From Ignavibacteriales bacterium (GTDB taxonomy: Bacteria; Bacteroidota; Ignavibacteria; Ignavibacteriales; SURF-24), in NCBI GenBank assembly GCA_036261625.1, contig DATAKL010000044.1, forward strand, positions 72,352 to 136,351: DNA of 64,000 nt, in the 5' to 3' direction. Made by a program: the position numbers and the translations under genes. This document shows positions 9,009 through 22,605 of this stretch, piece by piece. The notes below the pieces were generated by a model. The model was not told where the DNA came from. It was given only the letters and a program-made list of their open reading frames with translations, and did not search any database. Numbering within the stretch: position 1 is the first letter of the stretch; the number at the start of each line of letters is the position of its first letter.

Positions 9009-10553
9009 ATGAACGGTAAAATTGAAAAACTAAAGGAATTAAAGACAGCCGCCCTCTCAGGAGGGGGTTTAGACAAGATTCAGACACAGCACGACAAGGG
9101 AAAACTGACAGCAAGAGAAAGGATTGAACTCCTTGTCGACGAAGGGAGCTTTGAAGAAATTGACATGTTTGTCAAACACCGTTCGAAGGAATTCGGCATC
9201 GACAAGCTGCAGTACCCGGGTGACGGCGTTGTAACGGGATTTGCTAAGATAGAAGGCCGCCCGGTGGCCCTGTTCAGCCAGGACTTTACGGTCTTCGGGG
9301 GTTCGCTTTCGGAAGCTCATGCCGAAAAAATCTGCAAAATTATGGATATGGCCTTAAAGGTCGGAATTCCTGTAATCGGCCTTAACGATTCAGGAGGCGC
9401 CAGAATCCAGGAAGGTGTGGTTAGTCTTGGCGGTTACGCCGAGATATTCCTAAAGAATACGCTTTCCTCAGGTGTAATACCGCAGATTTCGGCCATTCTG
9501 GGTCCATGTGCAGGAGGTGCGGTTTATTCGCCTGCCATTACGGACTTTATCTTCATGGTCAAGCATACCAGTCATATGTTTGTTACCGGGCCCAGTGTGG
9601 TAAAGACGGTTACGCACGAGGAGGTCAGCTTTGAAGATCTTGGCGGAGCTGAAACTCATGCCGCAAAAAGCGGGGTTGCCCACTTTGCCTTCGAAAATGA
9701 AGTGGAAATTTTTGAGGGTATAAGAAAACTGATGAGCTTTTTACCTTTAAATTACAGGGACAGCGCTCCGGAACTTGAGTTTGACTTTAAGCAGGATCTG
9801 GCGATACCCAAATTGAATGAAATTGTTCCGGACAGCCCGAACAAGCCCTATGACATGAAGGAGATAATCCACCTTCTTGTGGATAACGGCGACTTTTTTG
9901 AGGTTCATAGAAATTATGCTGAAAACCTGATTGTAGGCTTCGGGCGCATAGGCGGTATGGCAGTAGGTATCGTAGCCAACCAGCCCAGGTTTCTTGCAGG
10001 CGTGCTTGACATTGCAGCCTCGGTAAAAGGGGCAAGATTTGTAAGATTTTGTGATGCATTTAACATTCCTCTTCTGGTCCTTGAGGATGTTCCGGGTTTT
10101 CTTCCGGGCACAGAGCAGGAGTGGAACGGTATCATTAAGCACGGTGCAAAGCTGCTTTTTGCATTCTGCGAGGCTACGGTTCCCAAGGTTACCGTAATTA
10201 CAAGAAAAGCCTATGGCGGGGCTTACGATGTAATGAACTCAAAGCACGTAAGGGGCGATTTTAACTTTGCATGGCCCTCGGCTGAAATTGCGGTCATGGG
10301 GCCCAAAGGGGCAGTGGAAATCATATTTAAGAAGGAGATCCAGGAGGCGGAAGATCCGGCTTTGAAAGCCTCGCAGAAGCTCTCGGAGTACATTGAAAAG
10401 TTTGCGAACCCTTATGCAGCTGCCGAAAGGGGATATGTCGATGACGTAATAATTCCCTCGGATACAAAAATAAAGCTGATAAATGCTTTTCAGCTCTTAA
10501 AGACGAAGGTGGATGCAAATCCTAAGAAAAAGCATTCAAACATCCCTTTGTAA
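9009..10553 (+). CDS. Acyl-CoA carboxylase carboxyltransferase subunit (propionyl-CoA carboxylase beta / methylmalonyl-CoA carboxyltransferase family)
   Basis: Strong family pattern throughout: [57 protein letters not shown]. Start set at ATG 9009 ([11 protein letters not shown]). The ORF-track start at 8793 overlaps the previous gene. Confidence 0.9.
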   Translation: MNGKIEKLKELKTAALSGGGLDKIQTQHDKGKLTARERIELLVDEGSFEEIDMFVKHRSKEFGIDKLQYPGDGVVTGFAKIEGRPVALFSQDFTVFGGSLSEAHAEKICKIMDMALKVGIPVIGLNDSGGARIQEGVVSLGGYAEIFLKNTLSSGVIPQISAILGPCAGGAVYSPAITDFIFMVKHTSHMFVTGPSVVKTVTHEEVSFEDLGGAETHAAKSGVAHFAFENEVEIFEGIRKLMSFLPLNYRDSAPELEFDFKQDLAIPKLNEIVPDSPNKPYDMKEIIHLLVDNGDFFEVHRNYAENLIVGFGRIGGMAVGIVANQPRFLAGVLDIAASVKGARFVRFCDAFNIPLLVLEDVPGFLPGTEQEWNGIIKHGAKLLFAFCEATVPKVTVITRKAYGGAYDVMNSKHVRGDFNFAWPSAEIAVMGPKGAVEIIFKKEIQEAEDPALKASQKLSEYIEKFANPYAAAERGYVDDVIIPSDTKIKLINAFQLLKTKVDANPKKKHSNIPL

Positions 10554-10677
10554 AAAGATATTTGAATTTAAAATAAAATTTTTAACTTAAAAAGAAAGGA
10601 GCCGGTCAACATTTAGCTTGACAATAAAGGCCTTTGAATTTAAATTGGTTCCCAAATTCATTAGATAAGGAGTACGA

Positions 10678-13647
10678 ATGAAAAAAGTTGTCCTATTTCT
10701 GTTTTTGATAAGTGTATCCTTTTTTGTTTCATCTTGCAGCTTGTCAAAAGTAGGTAGCGACGATAAACCTTCAACAACCAACACAAAAATCAAGGTTAAG
10801 CCGACTGTAATAGTAAGCGAACTCTTAGAAGAAGCCAGGCAGAACTACGTCAGCGCTCTGGCAAAGCAGGAGATCAACAGTACAACTGAGGCTATAAATT
10901 ATTATGAAGCAGCCCTTCGCATTCTTAATAATTTAAGCTATTATCCTGAAATCGACGATAATGAAGCTTACACACAGCTGGAAAAATCCATAACCGATGA
11001 TTATCAGAAGTTCGTTGACGGTTTATCGGAATTACCTGAAGGTGTCTCTTTTGCGGCTTTGGAAGAGTGGATGAAAAAGAGCATGCCGGAAATCAAAGTC
11101 AAACAAGAGACAATTCAGAAGCCCAACCAGGTTGTCATTGTTGCAGATTTTCCGCTGGAAGTCAACAGCTATGTTGACCAGTATATTGAAATTTTCCAGG
11201 GGAAATGGCGCAAGTACATGGAACTCTGGCTTTCACGCTCAGGAAAATACTTCCCGATGATGGCCAAAATCTTCCAGGAAGAGAAGGTGCCCACACAGCT
11301 CATCTTCTTAAGCATGGTTGAAAGCGGTGTTAACCCGATTGCAAAGTCCAGGGCAAAAGCTGTGGGCCTTTGGCAGTTTATGAGCTCAACAGGAAAACTC
11401 TACGGGCTTAACTCGGATATTTACTACGATGAAAGAAGAAATCCTGAAAAAGCCACCAGGGCTGCTGCCAGATATTTAAGAAATCTTTATAACATGTTCG
11501 GCGACTGGTACCTTTCACTTGCCTCATATAACTGCGGCGAAGGTAATGTAAAAAGAGTTGTAACCAGAACCGGGCTGAACACTTTCTGGGAAATCAGGGA
11601 CTATCTGCCGCGCGAAACACGCGACTATGTGCCCCAGTTTATTGCCGTTTCCCTTATTGCCAGCAACCCGGCCAAGTACGGTTTCGGAAACGTTATGTTC
11701 GAAAAACCGCTGGATTATGACACCTTTAAGGTCACTGAAGGTATCGACTTAAAGGTTCTGGCAAAGTGCGCCAACACGACGCTCGATCAGCTGGAGGATC
11801 TTAATCCGGAACTTACACAGCGATCGACCCCGCCGGATTACCCGGGAGGCTACCTGCTCAGAATTCCAAAGGGCACTAACGAAATGTTTGCTGCCAACTT
11901 CAAGAATATTCCCGACGAGGCAAAGGTCCAGTTTACACTGCACTATGTCAAAAGAGGGGAAACTGTTACTAAGGTCGCCAGAAAATATGGAATTTCTGCA
12001 GTTGAACTTGCCAGGGTTAACGGCATCTCCACAAGAACAAGACTTCCAAGGGGCGTTACCTTAAAGATCCCTGTCTCCGGATTTAATGATGCTGATTTCG
12101 TTGTCAATACAGATATGGCTCCTGCTGTGGATAAGAGTAATGCAAAGAGCCTGGAGGCACCTTACACAGTTCAAAGCCAGCACCCCGGTGCAGAACAGAA
12201 TACGGAACTGGCAGCTAACAGCAGCAAGACTGGCAGCCATCTTACCTCTGATAGCCAGGCTCCGGCCGACAGCCAGTCTAGCTCAGAAGGCCAGCTTCTG
12301 GCAGACAACCAGTCAACAGAAGATGAGCCGACAACAGACGAAAACCAGAATTCCAGCAGCGACACTCTGGACCAGTCTAACGTTGTCATCCGCCCCGAGG
12401 GGAAAGCCCTCGTTCAGTACAGCGTTAAGAAAAACGATAATCTTACTGAAATTGCCGACCTTTTTAATGTCAGGGTTTCCGACTTAAGAAACTGGAACAA
12501 TATATCCTACACCGATGCAATTCATGTCGGGCAGGCGCTGAACGTTTATGTTCCTGAAGAAAAGAAAGACTATTACGCCAGTCTGGACAACCAGACACAG
12601 GTGGAGAAAAGATCTCTTAAGAATACCCAGATTAAGAATAATGCCAAATGGGTAACTCACAGGGTAAGGCGGGGTGAGACTCTTGCCTCAATTTCTTCAA
12701 AGTATAATGTCACCATTTCGCAGATCAAGAAGTGGAACGGCCTGCATAAGAACAGAATAATTGGCGGAACAAGACTTAAAATTCTTGCCGAAAGCGGCAG
12801 CTCTTATCTTGCACAGAATCAGAAGAGCAACTATAAGAGGAGCGGCCTTACAAGATATAAAGTCAGGCGCGGCGATACGATTGGTGAAATTGCCGACAGG
12901 TTCGGAGTTACAGTCCAGCAGTTAAAAAGATGGAACAGGCTTCCTTCAAACAGGATTGCCGCAGGCAAAAGCCTTAAGATCTTTGGCAATGAAACTACAG
13001 CATCACTGGGCGACAATCTCAGCAAGGCTTCGGCTACCTTGAACTACTATAAGATAAAGCCGGGCGATGCCATCAGCAACATTGCCGACAGGTACCACGT
13101 TTCGGTTGCAAATCTGAAGAAATGGAACAAGCTCAACAGCAACAGGATCACTGCGGGCAGAACGCTTAAGATCTATTCAGATGAAGGTGAGCAGTATGCT
13201 TCAACAGATACAAAGCCTTTAAGAAGATCTAAACTGTCAGTAGAAAAAAATGCTTCAAATGAATCTGCCAATATTTCTAATGCAGGTGAACATGTTGTTA
13301 AAAGCGGCGAGACACTTGGCCATATTGCTGAACTCTATGGCGTGAGAGCCTCCGACTTAAGAAAGTGGAATCATATCTCCGGCAATAAAATTGTTGTTGG
13401 CGACAGATTAATAGTCAGCAGCGGAAGAAAGGGAGCGAAGCTGGAGAAAAGGTCTTCCCGCAAGGAGGAGCTGGTCCAGACCAAAAAGAGCAAAGTCAAA
13501 AAAGCCCAGACCCACAGGGTAAAAAGGGGTGAGACTTTATATGAAATTGCACAGAAGTATGACATGGATGTGCAGGATCTGAAGAGACTGAACAATATCA
13601 GAGGAAATAAACTGGTTGTAGGTCAAAAATTAAAGATTGACGACTAG
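10678..13647 (+). CDS. Lipoprotein lytic murein transglycosylase (MltD-like SLT domain) with seven LysM domains
   Basis: Lipobox-like FFVSSCS. SLT catalytic region MVESGVNPIAKSRAKAVGLWQFM...SYNCGEGNV. Seven LysM repeats with the pattern Y/H-x-V-K/R-x-G-D/E-T/N-L...W-N. There is an acidic S/Q/D-rich low-complexity linker. Confidence 0.85.
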   Translation: MKKVVLFLFLISVSFFVSSCSLSKVGSDDKPSTTNTKIKVKPTVIVSELLEEARQNYVSALAKQEINSTTEAINYYEAALRILNNLSYYPEIDDNEAYTQLEKSITDDYQKFVDGLSELPEGVSFAALEEWMKKSMPEIKVKQETIQKPNQVVIVADFPLEVNSYVDQYIEIFQGKWRKYMELWLSRSGKYFPMMAKIFQEEKVPTQLIFLSMVESGVNPIAKSRAKAVGLWQFMSSTGKLYGLNSDIYYDERRNPEKATRAAARYLRNLYNMFGDWYLSLASYNCGEGNVKRVVTRTGLNTFWEIRDYLPRETRDYVPQFIAVSLIASNPAKYGFGNVMFEKPLDYDTFKVTEGIDLKVLAKCANTTLDQLEDLNPELTQRSTPPDYPGGYLLRIPKGTNEMFAANFKNIPDEAKVQFTLHYVKRGETVTKVARKYGISAVELARVNGISTRTRLPRGVTLKIPVSGFNDADFVVNTDMAPAVDKSNAKSLEAPYTVQSQHPGAEQNTELAANSSKTGSHLTSDSQAPADSQSSSEGQLLADNQSTEDEPTTDENQNSSSDTLDQSNVVIRPEGKALVQYSVKKNDNLTEIADLFNVRVSDLRNWNNISYTDAIHVGQALNVYVPEEKKDYYASLDNQTQVEKRSLKNTQIKNNAKWVTHRVRRGETLASISSKYNVTISQIKKWNGLHKNRIIGGTRLKILAESGSSYLAQNQKSNYKRSGLTRYKVRRGDTIGEIADRFGVTVQQLKRWNRLPSNRIAAGKSLKIFGNETTASLGDNLSKASATLNYYKIKPGDAISNIADRYHVSVANLKKWNKLNSNRITAGRTLKIYSDEGEQYASTDTKPLRRSKLSVEKNASNESANISNAGEHVVKSGETLGHIAELYGVRASDLRKWNHISGNKIVVGDRLIVSSGRKGAKLEKRSSRKEELVQTKKSKVKKAQTHRVKRGETLYEIAQKYDMDVQDLKRLNNIRGNKLVVGQKLKIDD

Positions 13648-13703
13648 TTTAATTGAAAAATTGTTCTTATTTTTATAGTATTATTTTGAACTAACACGAA
13701 AGC

Positions 13704-13791
13704 CGACGTTAGGGGTGTCGCGGGATTATTTTCCGGCGGCTGAGATTATACCCTTAAACCTGATCTGGATAATGCCAGCGTAGGGAAACGA
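13704..13791 (+). promoter_or_regulatory. TPP (THI-box) riboswitch aptamer
   Basis: Near-consensus THI-box: AGGGGTG...GGCTGAGATTATACCCTTAAACCTGATCTGGATAATGCCAGCGTAGGGAAACG. P1 pairing is CGTT/AACG. Confidence 0.92.
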
Positions 13792-13819
13792 CTAAAGATA
13801 TAAGAGTAATTGTTACTTT

Positions 13820-13851
13820 TAGCCGTTTTCAAGAAAACGGCTTTCTTTTTT
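13820..13851 (+). terminator. Intrinsic terminator (expression platform of the TPP riboswitch)
   Basis: Perfect 9-bp stem AGCCGTTTT/AAAACGGCT with loop CAAG, followed by TTCTTTTTTT. It lies 15 nt before the receptor gene ATG. Confidence 0.8.
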
Positions 13852-13866
13852 TAAAAAGGAGAAACC

Positions 13867-16365
13867 ATGAAGTATATAATTATTCTTTTTTTATTTTTAA
13901 ACGGAATCATCCGGCCTCAGGAAGGCAGTCTTTCAGGTAGGGTAGTCGACCGGGAAACCTTAAAGCCTCTTGGACAGGCCAGCGTTACAGTAGAAGGCTC
14001 TGATATAAAAACCTTAACCGATGAAAAAGGTGCCTTCAGGCTCTCAGGCCAACTTCCTTCTTCAGGCGATCTGATTATCAGCTATATAGGCTACAGCGCA
14101 AAACGGGTCAGAATAGATACCCTTGTATCCTCCGGCGGGAGCATTACAGTCAGTCTTGAGCCCCAGATCATCTCTTCGCAAACCATTCTTGTCACAGGCA
14201 GTATAGGTAAGGAAGGCATAACCCCGCTTGCATTTTCCAAGGTAAGCAGGAGTAAAATTGAGGAGAAATATATGGAACAGGATGTGCCTGAATTTCTCTC
14301 CTCGCTTCCTTCAACTACTTTTTACTCCGAATCGGGCGGCAGCATAGGTTACAACTATTTAAGCATAAGAGGTTTCGACCAGCGCAGGATCTCGGTTTCA
14401 ATAAATGGAGTGCCGCAGAACGATCCTGAGGACCATAACGTCTACTGGCTCGATTTCCCGGATATACTCTCAAGCTCTGAACTCGTTCAGGTCCAAAGAG
14501 GAGCCGGTTCGGGAATAATCGGCTATCCTTCAATCGGCGGGTCGATCAACATTATTACCTCTTCCTTCAGCAATAAGGCCCAGTATGAATTCGGTGCCTT
14601 CACGGGAAGCTTTAATACAAGGAAATACAGCGCGAACTTCTCAAGCGGGCTGATTGACAATACCTATTCCATCCATACCATGCTCTCCAAAACGCTCAGT
14701 TCGGGCTACAGGAACTCTGCATGGGCAGACTATAATGCATACTATGTCTCAGCAGTCCGCTACGACAAAAATCTGACTACACAGGTCAATTTCTATGGCG
14801 GCCCGATTTCAGACGGCCTGGCCTATACGGGGCTGCCGAAGTTTACAATTAAGGATAAGACCTTAAGGAGGATGAACTATTCATACTGGGAAGCCTCCAA
14901 TGGGAAATTCGACTACACTTTAGAGCGCAGGCCTGAGGAGATAGAAAACTTCTCTCAGCCTCATTTTGAACTCTTGAATGAATACAACATAAACAGCCGC
15001 ATTTCATTTAACTCAGCTTTGTTTTTAGTCCTCGGCAACGGTTTTTTTGATTATGACGGCTCATGGGCCGATACTTCATACTTCAGGCTTACAAAAGACA
15101 ACGGCTTCAACGCCCAGGCAAACCCCTCAAATGCTCTTATTCGCGCACAGGTGGAAAACAGGCAGTACGGCTGGATACCGCGCCTTAGAATAGATCATGG
15201 CACAGGTGAGCTTATCCTTGGTGCCGAATTCCGTCTGCACCGCTCGCTGCACTGGGGTTCGATCAACTACGCAGACAACCTTCCTGAAGGTGTGGACAAA
15301 AACTACAGGTATTACCAGTACCGCGGGGGAAAAGATATCTTCAATGTCTTTGCACATGAAAGCTATAACATTTCACCCGTAATGAATCTTCTGGCAGAGC
15401 TTCAGCTGGCATACTTTAAGTACAGGCTTTATGATGAAAAATACCTGGGGACAGATTTTAAGGTCGGCAGCGTGTTCTTAAATCCCCGTCTGGGCCTCAA
15501 TTACAAATTAAGCACCAAATCGAATGTCTATCTTACTGCCGCAAGAGTCTCCCGAGAGCCGAGGCTTGTAAACTACTACGATGCCGCAGAATCGGGCGGG
15601 GGAGCTGAGCCGCAGTTTGCAAGAAATGAAAACGGAGCCTACGATTTTACGAATCCTTTGGTTAAACCTGAATCCATGAATGACCTGGAGGCCGGAACCT
15701 CATTCTTGGCAGATGGATATTCAGCCGGAGTGAACCTGTTCTATATGCTCTTTAGCGATGAGATCGTAAAAAACGGCAAGGTCGACCGCTTCGGCCAGCC
15801 CGTAACGGGCAATATGGATAAAACCGTGCACTCAGGAATCGAACTAAACGGACTTCTTAAGCTTAATGAGAACTTCGAACTGGCATTAAACGGAACCTAC
15901 AGCAGGAATTACATACTGAACGGAAAAACTTTTGTCTCTTACACAGACCCTGTGACAGGCGAAGACAAAGTAGGCGCACTCAAACTGGATGGAAACAGGA
16001 TCAGCGGATTTCCCGACTTCCTTCTTAACACCTCTCTGAAAATGAAACTGGGAGGAATGACTTCTATTCTGACAGCAAGGTACGTAGGTAAATTTTATTC
16101 CGACAATTACGATAAAAATCTTCAGTCGTATCTGGCATCTTACCCCGGATTTAACGATTATACAGACAACGTTGTTGACGCTTATTTTACGGCAGACATT
16201 TTTGCAAGCTATGAACTCCAGCTTCCTGAAATCTCAAAGACTCTGAAGGTCTCGGCCAGGGTAAACAATATTTTTGACAGCCTTTATGCCTCTTATGCAA
16301 TAGGGGGTGAATTCTTCCCGGCTGCAGAACGCAATTTTGTTGTGGGACTTCAGCTGGGATTATAA
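13867..16365 (+). CDS. TonB-dependent outer-membrane receptor (CarboxypepD_reg N-terminal domain)
   Basis: Signal peptide and GRVVD...PLGQASVTVEG carboxypeptidase-regulatory-like domain. Plug region SIRGFDQRRISVSINGVPQNDPE. Long beta-barrel with alternating aromatic pattern. RBS AGGAG. Confidence 0.85.
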   Translation: MKYIIILFLFLNGIIRPQEGSLSGRVVDRETLKPLGQASVTVEGSDIKTLTDEKGAFRLSGQLPSSGDLIISYIGYSAKRVRIDTLVSSGGSITVSLEPQIISSQTILVTGSIGKEGITPLAFSKVSRSKIEEKYMEQDVPEFLSSLPSTTFYSESGGSIGYNYLSIRGFDQRRISVSINGVPQNDPEDHNVYWLDFPDILSSSELVQVQRGAGSGIIGYPSIGGSINIITSSFSNKAQYEFGAFTGSFNTRKYSANFSSGLIDNTYSIHTMLSKTLSSGYRNSAWADYNAYYVSAVRYDKNLTTQVNFYGGPISDGLAYTGLPKFTIKDKTLRRMNYSYWEASNGKFDYTLERRPEEIENFSQPHFELLNEYNINSRISFNSALFLVLGNGFFDYDGSWADTSYFRLTKDNGFNAQANPSNALIRAQVENRQYGWIPRLRIDHGTGELILGAEFRLHRSLHWGSINYADNLPEGVDKNYRYYQYRGGKDIFNVFAHESYNISPVMNLLAELQLAYFKYRLYDEKYLGTDFKVGSVFLNPRLGLNYKLSTKSNVYLTAARVSREPRLVNYYDAAESGGGAEPQFARNENGAYDFTNPLVKPESMNDLEAGTSFLADGYSAGVNLFYMLFSDEIVKNGKVDRFGQPVTGNMDKTVHSGIELNGLLKLNENFELALNGTYSRNYILNGKTFVSYTDPVTGEDKVGALKLDGNRISGFPDFLLNTSLKMKLGGMTSILTARYVGKFYSDNYDKNLQSYLASYPGFNDYTDNVVDAYFTADIFASYELQLPEISKTLKVSARVNNIFDSLYASYAIGGEFFPAAERNFVVGLQLGL

Positions 16366-16384
16366 AAAATATTTTAGACTATAC

Positions 16385-17038
16385 ATGAAAAAATGCGTGA
16401 TAATTGCAAACGGAAAGGCTCCTAAGAAAAGTATCTTTCCTTTTCTTAAAAAGCAGGGATATACAACCTTGATCTGTGCCGACGGCGGAGCAAACAGCGC
16501 AAGGCGCCTTAAATTGATTCCTGACTTTATTTTAGGCGACCTGGACTCCATACATCCCGACACACTTAAGTTCTATGAGGATAAGGTTAAGGTCAAAAGA
16601 ATTAAAAGACAGGATGATACCGATGTAGAGAAATGCCTCAAGTTTGCCATTAATAACCGCTATAGTGAATGTGTCCTTACAGGCGTCATTGGCGACCGTC
16701 TGGACCATTCATTCAGCAATCTTGGAATTGTCCTGAGGTATTCAAGGCTGATTTCTCTTAAGGTAATAAGTGACAGATCTTTCCTTACGGTTCATAAAGG
16801 AAATTTCTGCCTCAGGACTGTTCCGGGTGAGACACTCTCAATTTATGCATTTGACAAAAAGACTAAAATAAGCTCAACGGGACTTAAATATGAGCTTCAG
16901 AACGACACTTTGCCCTATGGCTTAAGAGAAAGTACAAGCAACGAGGCTCTGCAGAGTGAAGTGCACCTCAAGGTAAAAGGAGGGCGTGTTTTTATTATAC
17001 GTGATTTTAATCTTGTAAGGACTCATGATCTCTTTTAA
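16385..17038 (+). CDS. thiN: Thiamine pyrophosphokinase
   Basis: TPK motifs CADGGAN, GDLDS and KRQDDTDVEKCL, plus a C-terminal thiamine-binding beta domain. Start set at ATG 16385 (MKKCVIIANG). The ORF-track start at 16307 overlaps the receptor gene. Confidence 0.85.
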   Translation: MKKCVIIANGKAPKKSIFPFLKKQGYTTLICADGGANSARRLKLIPDFILGDLDSIHPDTLKFYEDKVKVKRIKRQDDTDVEKCLKFAINNRYSECVLTGVIGDRLDHSFSNLGIVLRYSRLISLKVISDRSFLTVHKGNFCLRTVPGETLSIYAFDKKTKISSTGLKYELQNDTLPYGLRESTSNEALQSEVHLKVKGGRVFIIRDFNLVRTHDLF

Positions 17039-18440
17039 CTTTTGGGACATATTCATAATACTGGCTTTCTTTCTTGTAGTTATAATTATAGGATTCCTGC
17101 CGGAAAAAAAAGATACCGATTCAGCCGAGGGATACCTCCTCTCCGGAAGAAAGGTCGGGCTTTTTCTTTTCATACTGACCAATGTTTCCACCTGGTACGG
17201 CGGAATCTTAGGTGTAGGGGAGTTTACCTACCGCTACGGCATCTCGAGCTGGTTTACCCAGGGACTTCCTTACTACGTTTTTGCTTTCTTATTTGCACTT
17301 TTCTTTGCAAAGAAGATCCGCAGTGCCTCTTTGTTCACAATACCTGATAAGCTCAGAAGCGTCTACGGCGGCAAGGTTGCCACCTCGAGTGCAATACTGC
17401 TCTTTGTGCTTGTTTCTCCGGCACCTTACCTGCTTATGATAGGAAGTCTTATCAGCCTTATCTTCAAGATCAGTCTTTTCTGGAGCCTTGTCCTGGCAAC
17501 ACTGCTTTCAGCAATGTACCTCTTAAAAGGTGGCTACCGTTCGGATCTTCTGACCGATGCATTTGAGTTTTTTGTAATGTTTGCGGGCTTTATTGTAATA
17601 ATGTTTGCTGCTTATAATTCCCTTGGAAATTTTACATATCTGAAGGCTAATCTGCCCGAAGGGCACTTAAGCCTGAGCGGAGGGGCGTCTCCTGCATACA
17701 TACTTGTGTGGTTTTTAATAGCGCTATGGACGTTTACCGATCCCGGATTCCATCAGAGGTGCTACGCTGCAAAAGACGGAAAGACTGCCGTTAAAGGGAT
17801 TATAATATCCATATTCTTCTGGGCTCTGTTTGACTTTCTGACTACCTTTACGGGGCTTTATTCACGCGCAGCCCTGCCCAAAATGTCCACTCCTGTACTG
17901 TCTTTCCCCTTACTGGCCGAAAGGCTTCTGGGTCCCGGCTTGAAAGGCTTATTTTATTCAGCCATGTTCGCCACTATATTAAGCACTTCAAACAGCTTTT
18001 TCTTCCTTAGCGCAACGACATTCGGGCGTGACTTCCTTTTTAGAGGCAAAAAAACTGAAGATGAGTCGGTGCTGAAAAAATATACCATTGCGGGCTTAAT
18101 CGTTTCAGGAATAATTTCAATACTTTTGGCCTATATAATCCCTTCGGTAATCGATTTATGGTACACCATAGGCACCATCTGTATACCGGGCATAATAATG
18201 CCTGTAATATCAGCTTACTATCCAAAACTGAGGGTTAGTCCTACAATTGCGCTCATAGAGGTTACTTTATCCTGCCTTATAAGCCTCCTCTGGTACATAT
18301 TGAGGGCAGAATTCTCCAGTCTCCTTGTACTAAATGAAGTTGAACCTATGATTATGGGGCTCCTCTTTGCAGTTTTAATTCACTTTTCCGGCCTTATTTC
18401 CCAAAGGAATGCCCTTAGACGGGAGTCCTTAAGCAGGTAA
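17025..18440 (+). CDS. Sodium:solute symporter (SSS) family transporter, candidate thiamine/thiamine-precursor importer
   Basis: About 13 TM segments. SSS-like N-terminal pattern (YLLSGRKVGLFLFILTNVSTWYGGILGVGE). Overlaps the TPK gene by 14 nt. The substrate is inferred only from operon context. Confidence 0.65.
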   Translation: MISFNFWDIFIILAFFLVVIIIGFLPEKKDTDSAEGYLLSGRKVGLFLFILTNVSTWYGGILGVGEFTYRYGISSWFTQGLPYYVFAFLFALFFAKKIRSASLFTIPDKLRSVYGGKVATSSAILLFVLVSPAPYLLMIGSLISLIFKISLFWSLVLATLLSAMYLLKGGYRSDLLTDAFEFFVMFAGFIVIMFAAYNSLGNFTYLKANLPEGHLSLSGGASPAYILVWFLIALWTFTDPGFHQRCYAAKDGKTAVKGIIISIFFWALFDFLTTFTGLYSRAALPKMSTPVLSFPLLAERLLGPGLKGLFYSAMFATILSTSNSFFFLSATTFGRDFLFRGKKTEDESVLKKYTIAGLIVSGIISILLAYIIPSVIDLWYTIGTICIPGIIMPVISAYYPKLRVSPTIALIEVTLSCLISLLWYILRAEFSSLLVLNEVEPMIMGLLFAVLIHFSGLISQRNALRRESLSR

Positions 18441-18623
18441 TTTGCAATAATTGTCCATTTTTTTTCCCTGCAGGCGCTTTAAGGTAGAAGTTTATCATTT
18501 TTTTAGATAAATTTGAGTCCAACATTAATTATCATTCAGCACGTACAGTTCTCTGTTAAATCCCTGGGATTATTTCATTTTATATAGTAAAGGAATGTAG
18601 TAAAATTATGCATTCTTTATTAG

Positions 18624-21807
<3,184 letters not shown>

Positions 21808-21960
21808 ATAAAGCAGTGACGGCAGGGCAGAGGCCCTGCTGGCTGCGCCGGCATTTAAAGAGACTGCAAATGGGACAAACTTTTATTGTTTTTACCCTTT
21901 AGATTACATTGATTATTTTTATTTAAATGACTAACTTTCCAATCGTTAAAAAAGAAGGCA

Positions 21961-22587
21961 ATGTTTAAAATAGCGGTATTTGTCTCAGGAAGAGGCTCAA
22001 ATTTACAGGCAATTCTTGATGCAAAGTCAGGCGGAGACCTTAAGGCTGAGGTTGCAGCTGTTTTTACAGACAGGCCCGACAGCGGTGCAGCCGAAAGGGC
22101 AAGAGGCTATGGGATCCCGGTATGGTTCTTATGCAGGGAAAAGAAGAACCAGCCGGTTTCAAATGAAGTTTCCTATGAAGATTTAGCCGGTCTGCTTGAA
22201 AAGTTAAATTTGGATCTGATTGTTCTGGCTGGATTTCTGAAGCTTATACCTGAAGCCGTTATTGACCTTTTCCCAAATAAGATCGTAAATATTCATCCTG
22301 CACTTCTTCCATCCTTCGGGGGTAAAGGAATGTACGGAATGAATGTCCATAGGGCAGTGTTTAACTCCTCAGCTAAGATTTCAGGTCCGACGGTCCATTT
22401 TGTAGATAAGATTTATGACAATGGAAAGATCATAGCCCAGAGGGGTGTCGACATTTCAGATGCTGCCTCCCCGGAGGAAATTGCTGAGAGAGTTCTTAAA
22501 GTTGAACATGAAATTCTGCCTTTCGTCATCAGGAAATTTGAGGAAGGCAAAATTAAAATTATAAATGAACGTGTTGTTGTTTTTTAA
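21961..22587 (+). CDS. purN: Phosphoribosylglycinamide formyltransferase
   Basis: VFVSGRGSNLQAI N-terminus, NIHPALLPSFGG motif and GPTVHFVD. Confidence 0.9.
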   Translation: MFKIAVFVSGRGSNLQAILDAKSGGDLKAEVAAVFTDRPDSGAAERARGYGIPVWFLCREKKNQPVSNEVSYEDLAGLLEKLNLDLIVLAGFLKLIPEAVIDLFPNKIVNIHPALLPSFGGKGMYGMNVHRAVFNSSAKISGPTVHFVDKIYDNGKIIAQRGVDISDAASPEEIAERVLKVEHEILPFVIRKFEEGKIKIINERVVVF

Positions 22588-22605
22588 TAACATTTTGGTA
22601 GAACG

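Noticed and set aside
12086-12487. A 133-aa alternative-frame ORF and a 72-aa antisense ORF inside the MltD low-complexity linker.
   Set aside because: They fall in a compositionally biased region of a well-supported long CDS. Biased composition keeps off-frames open by chance.
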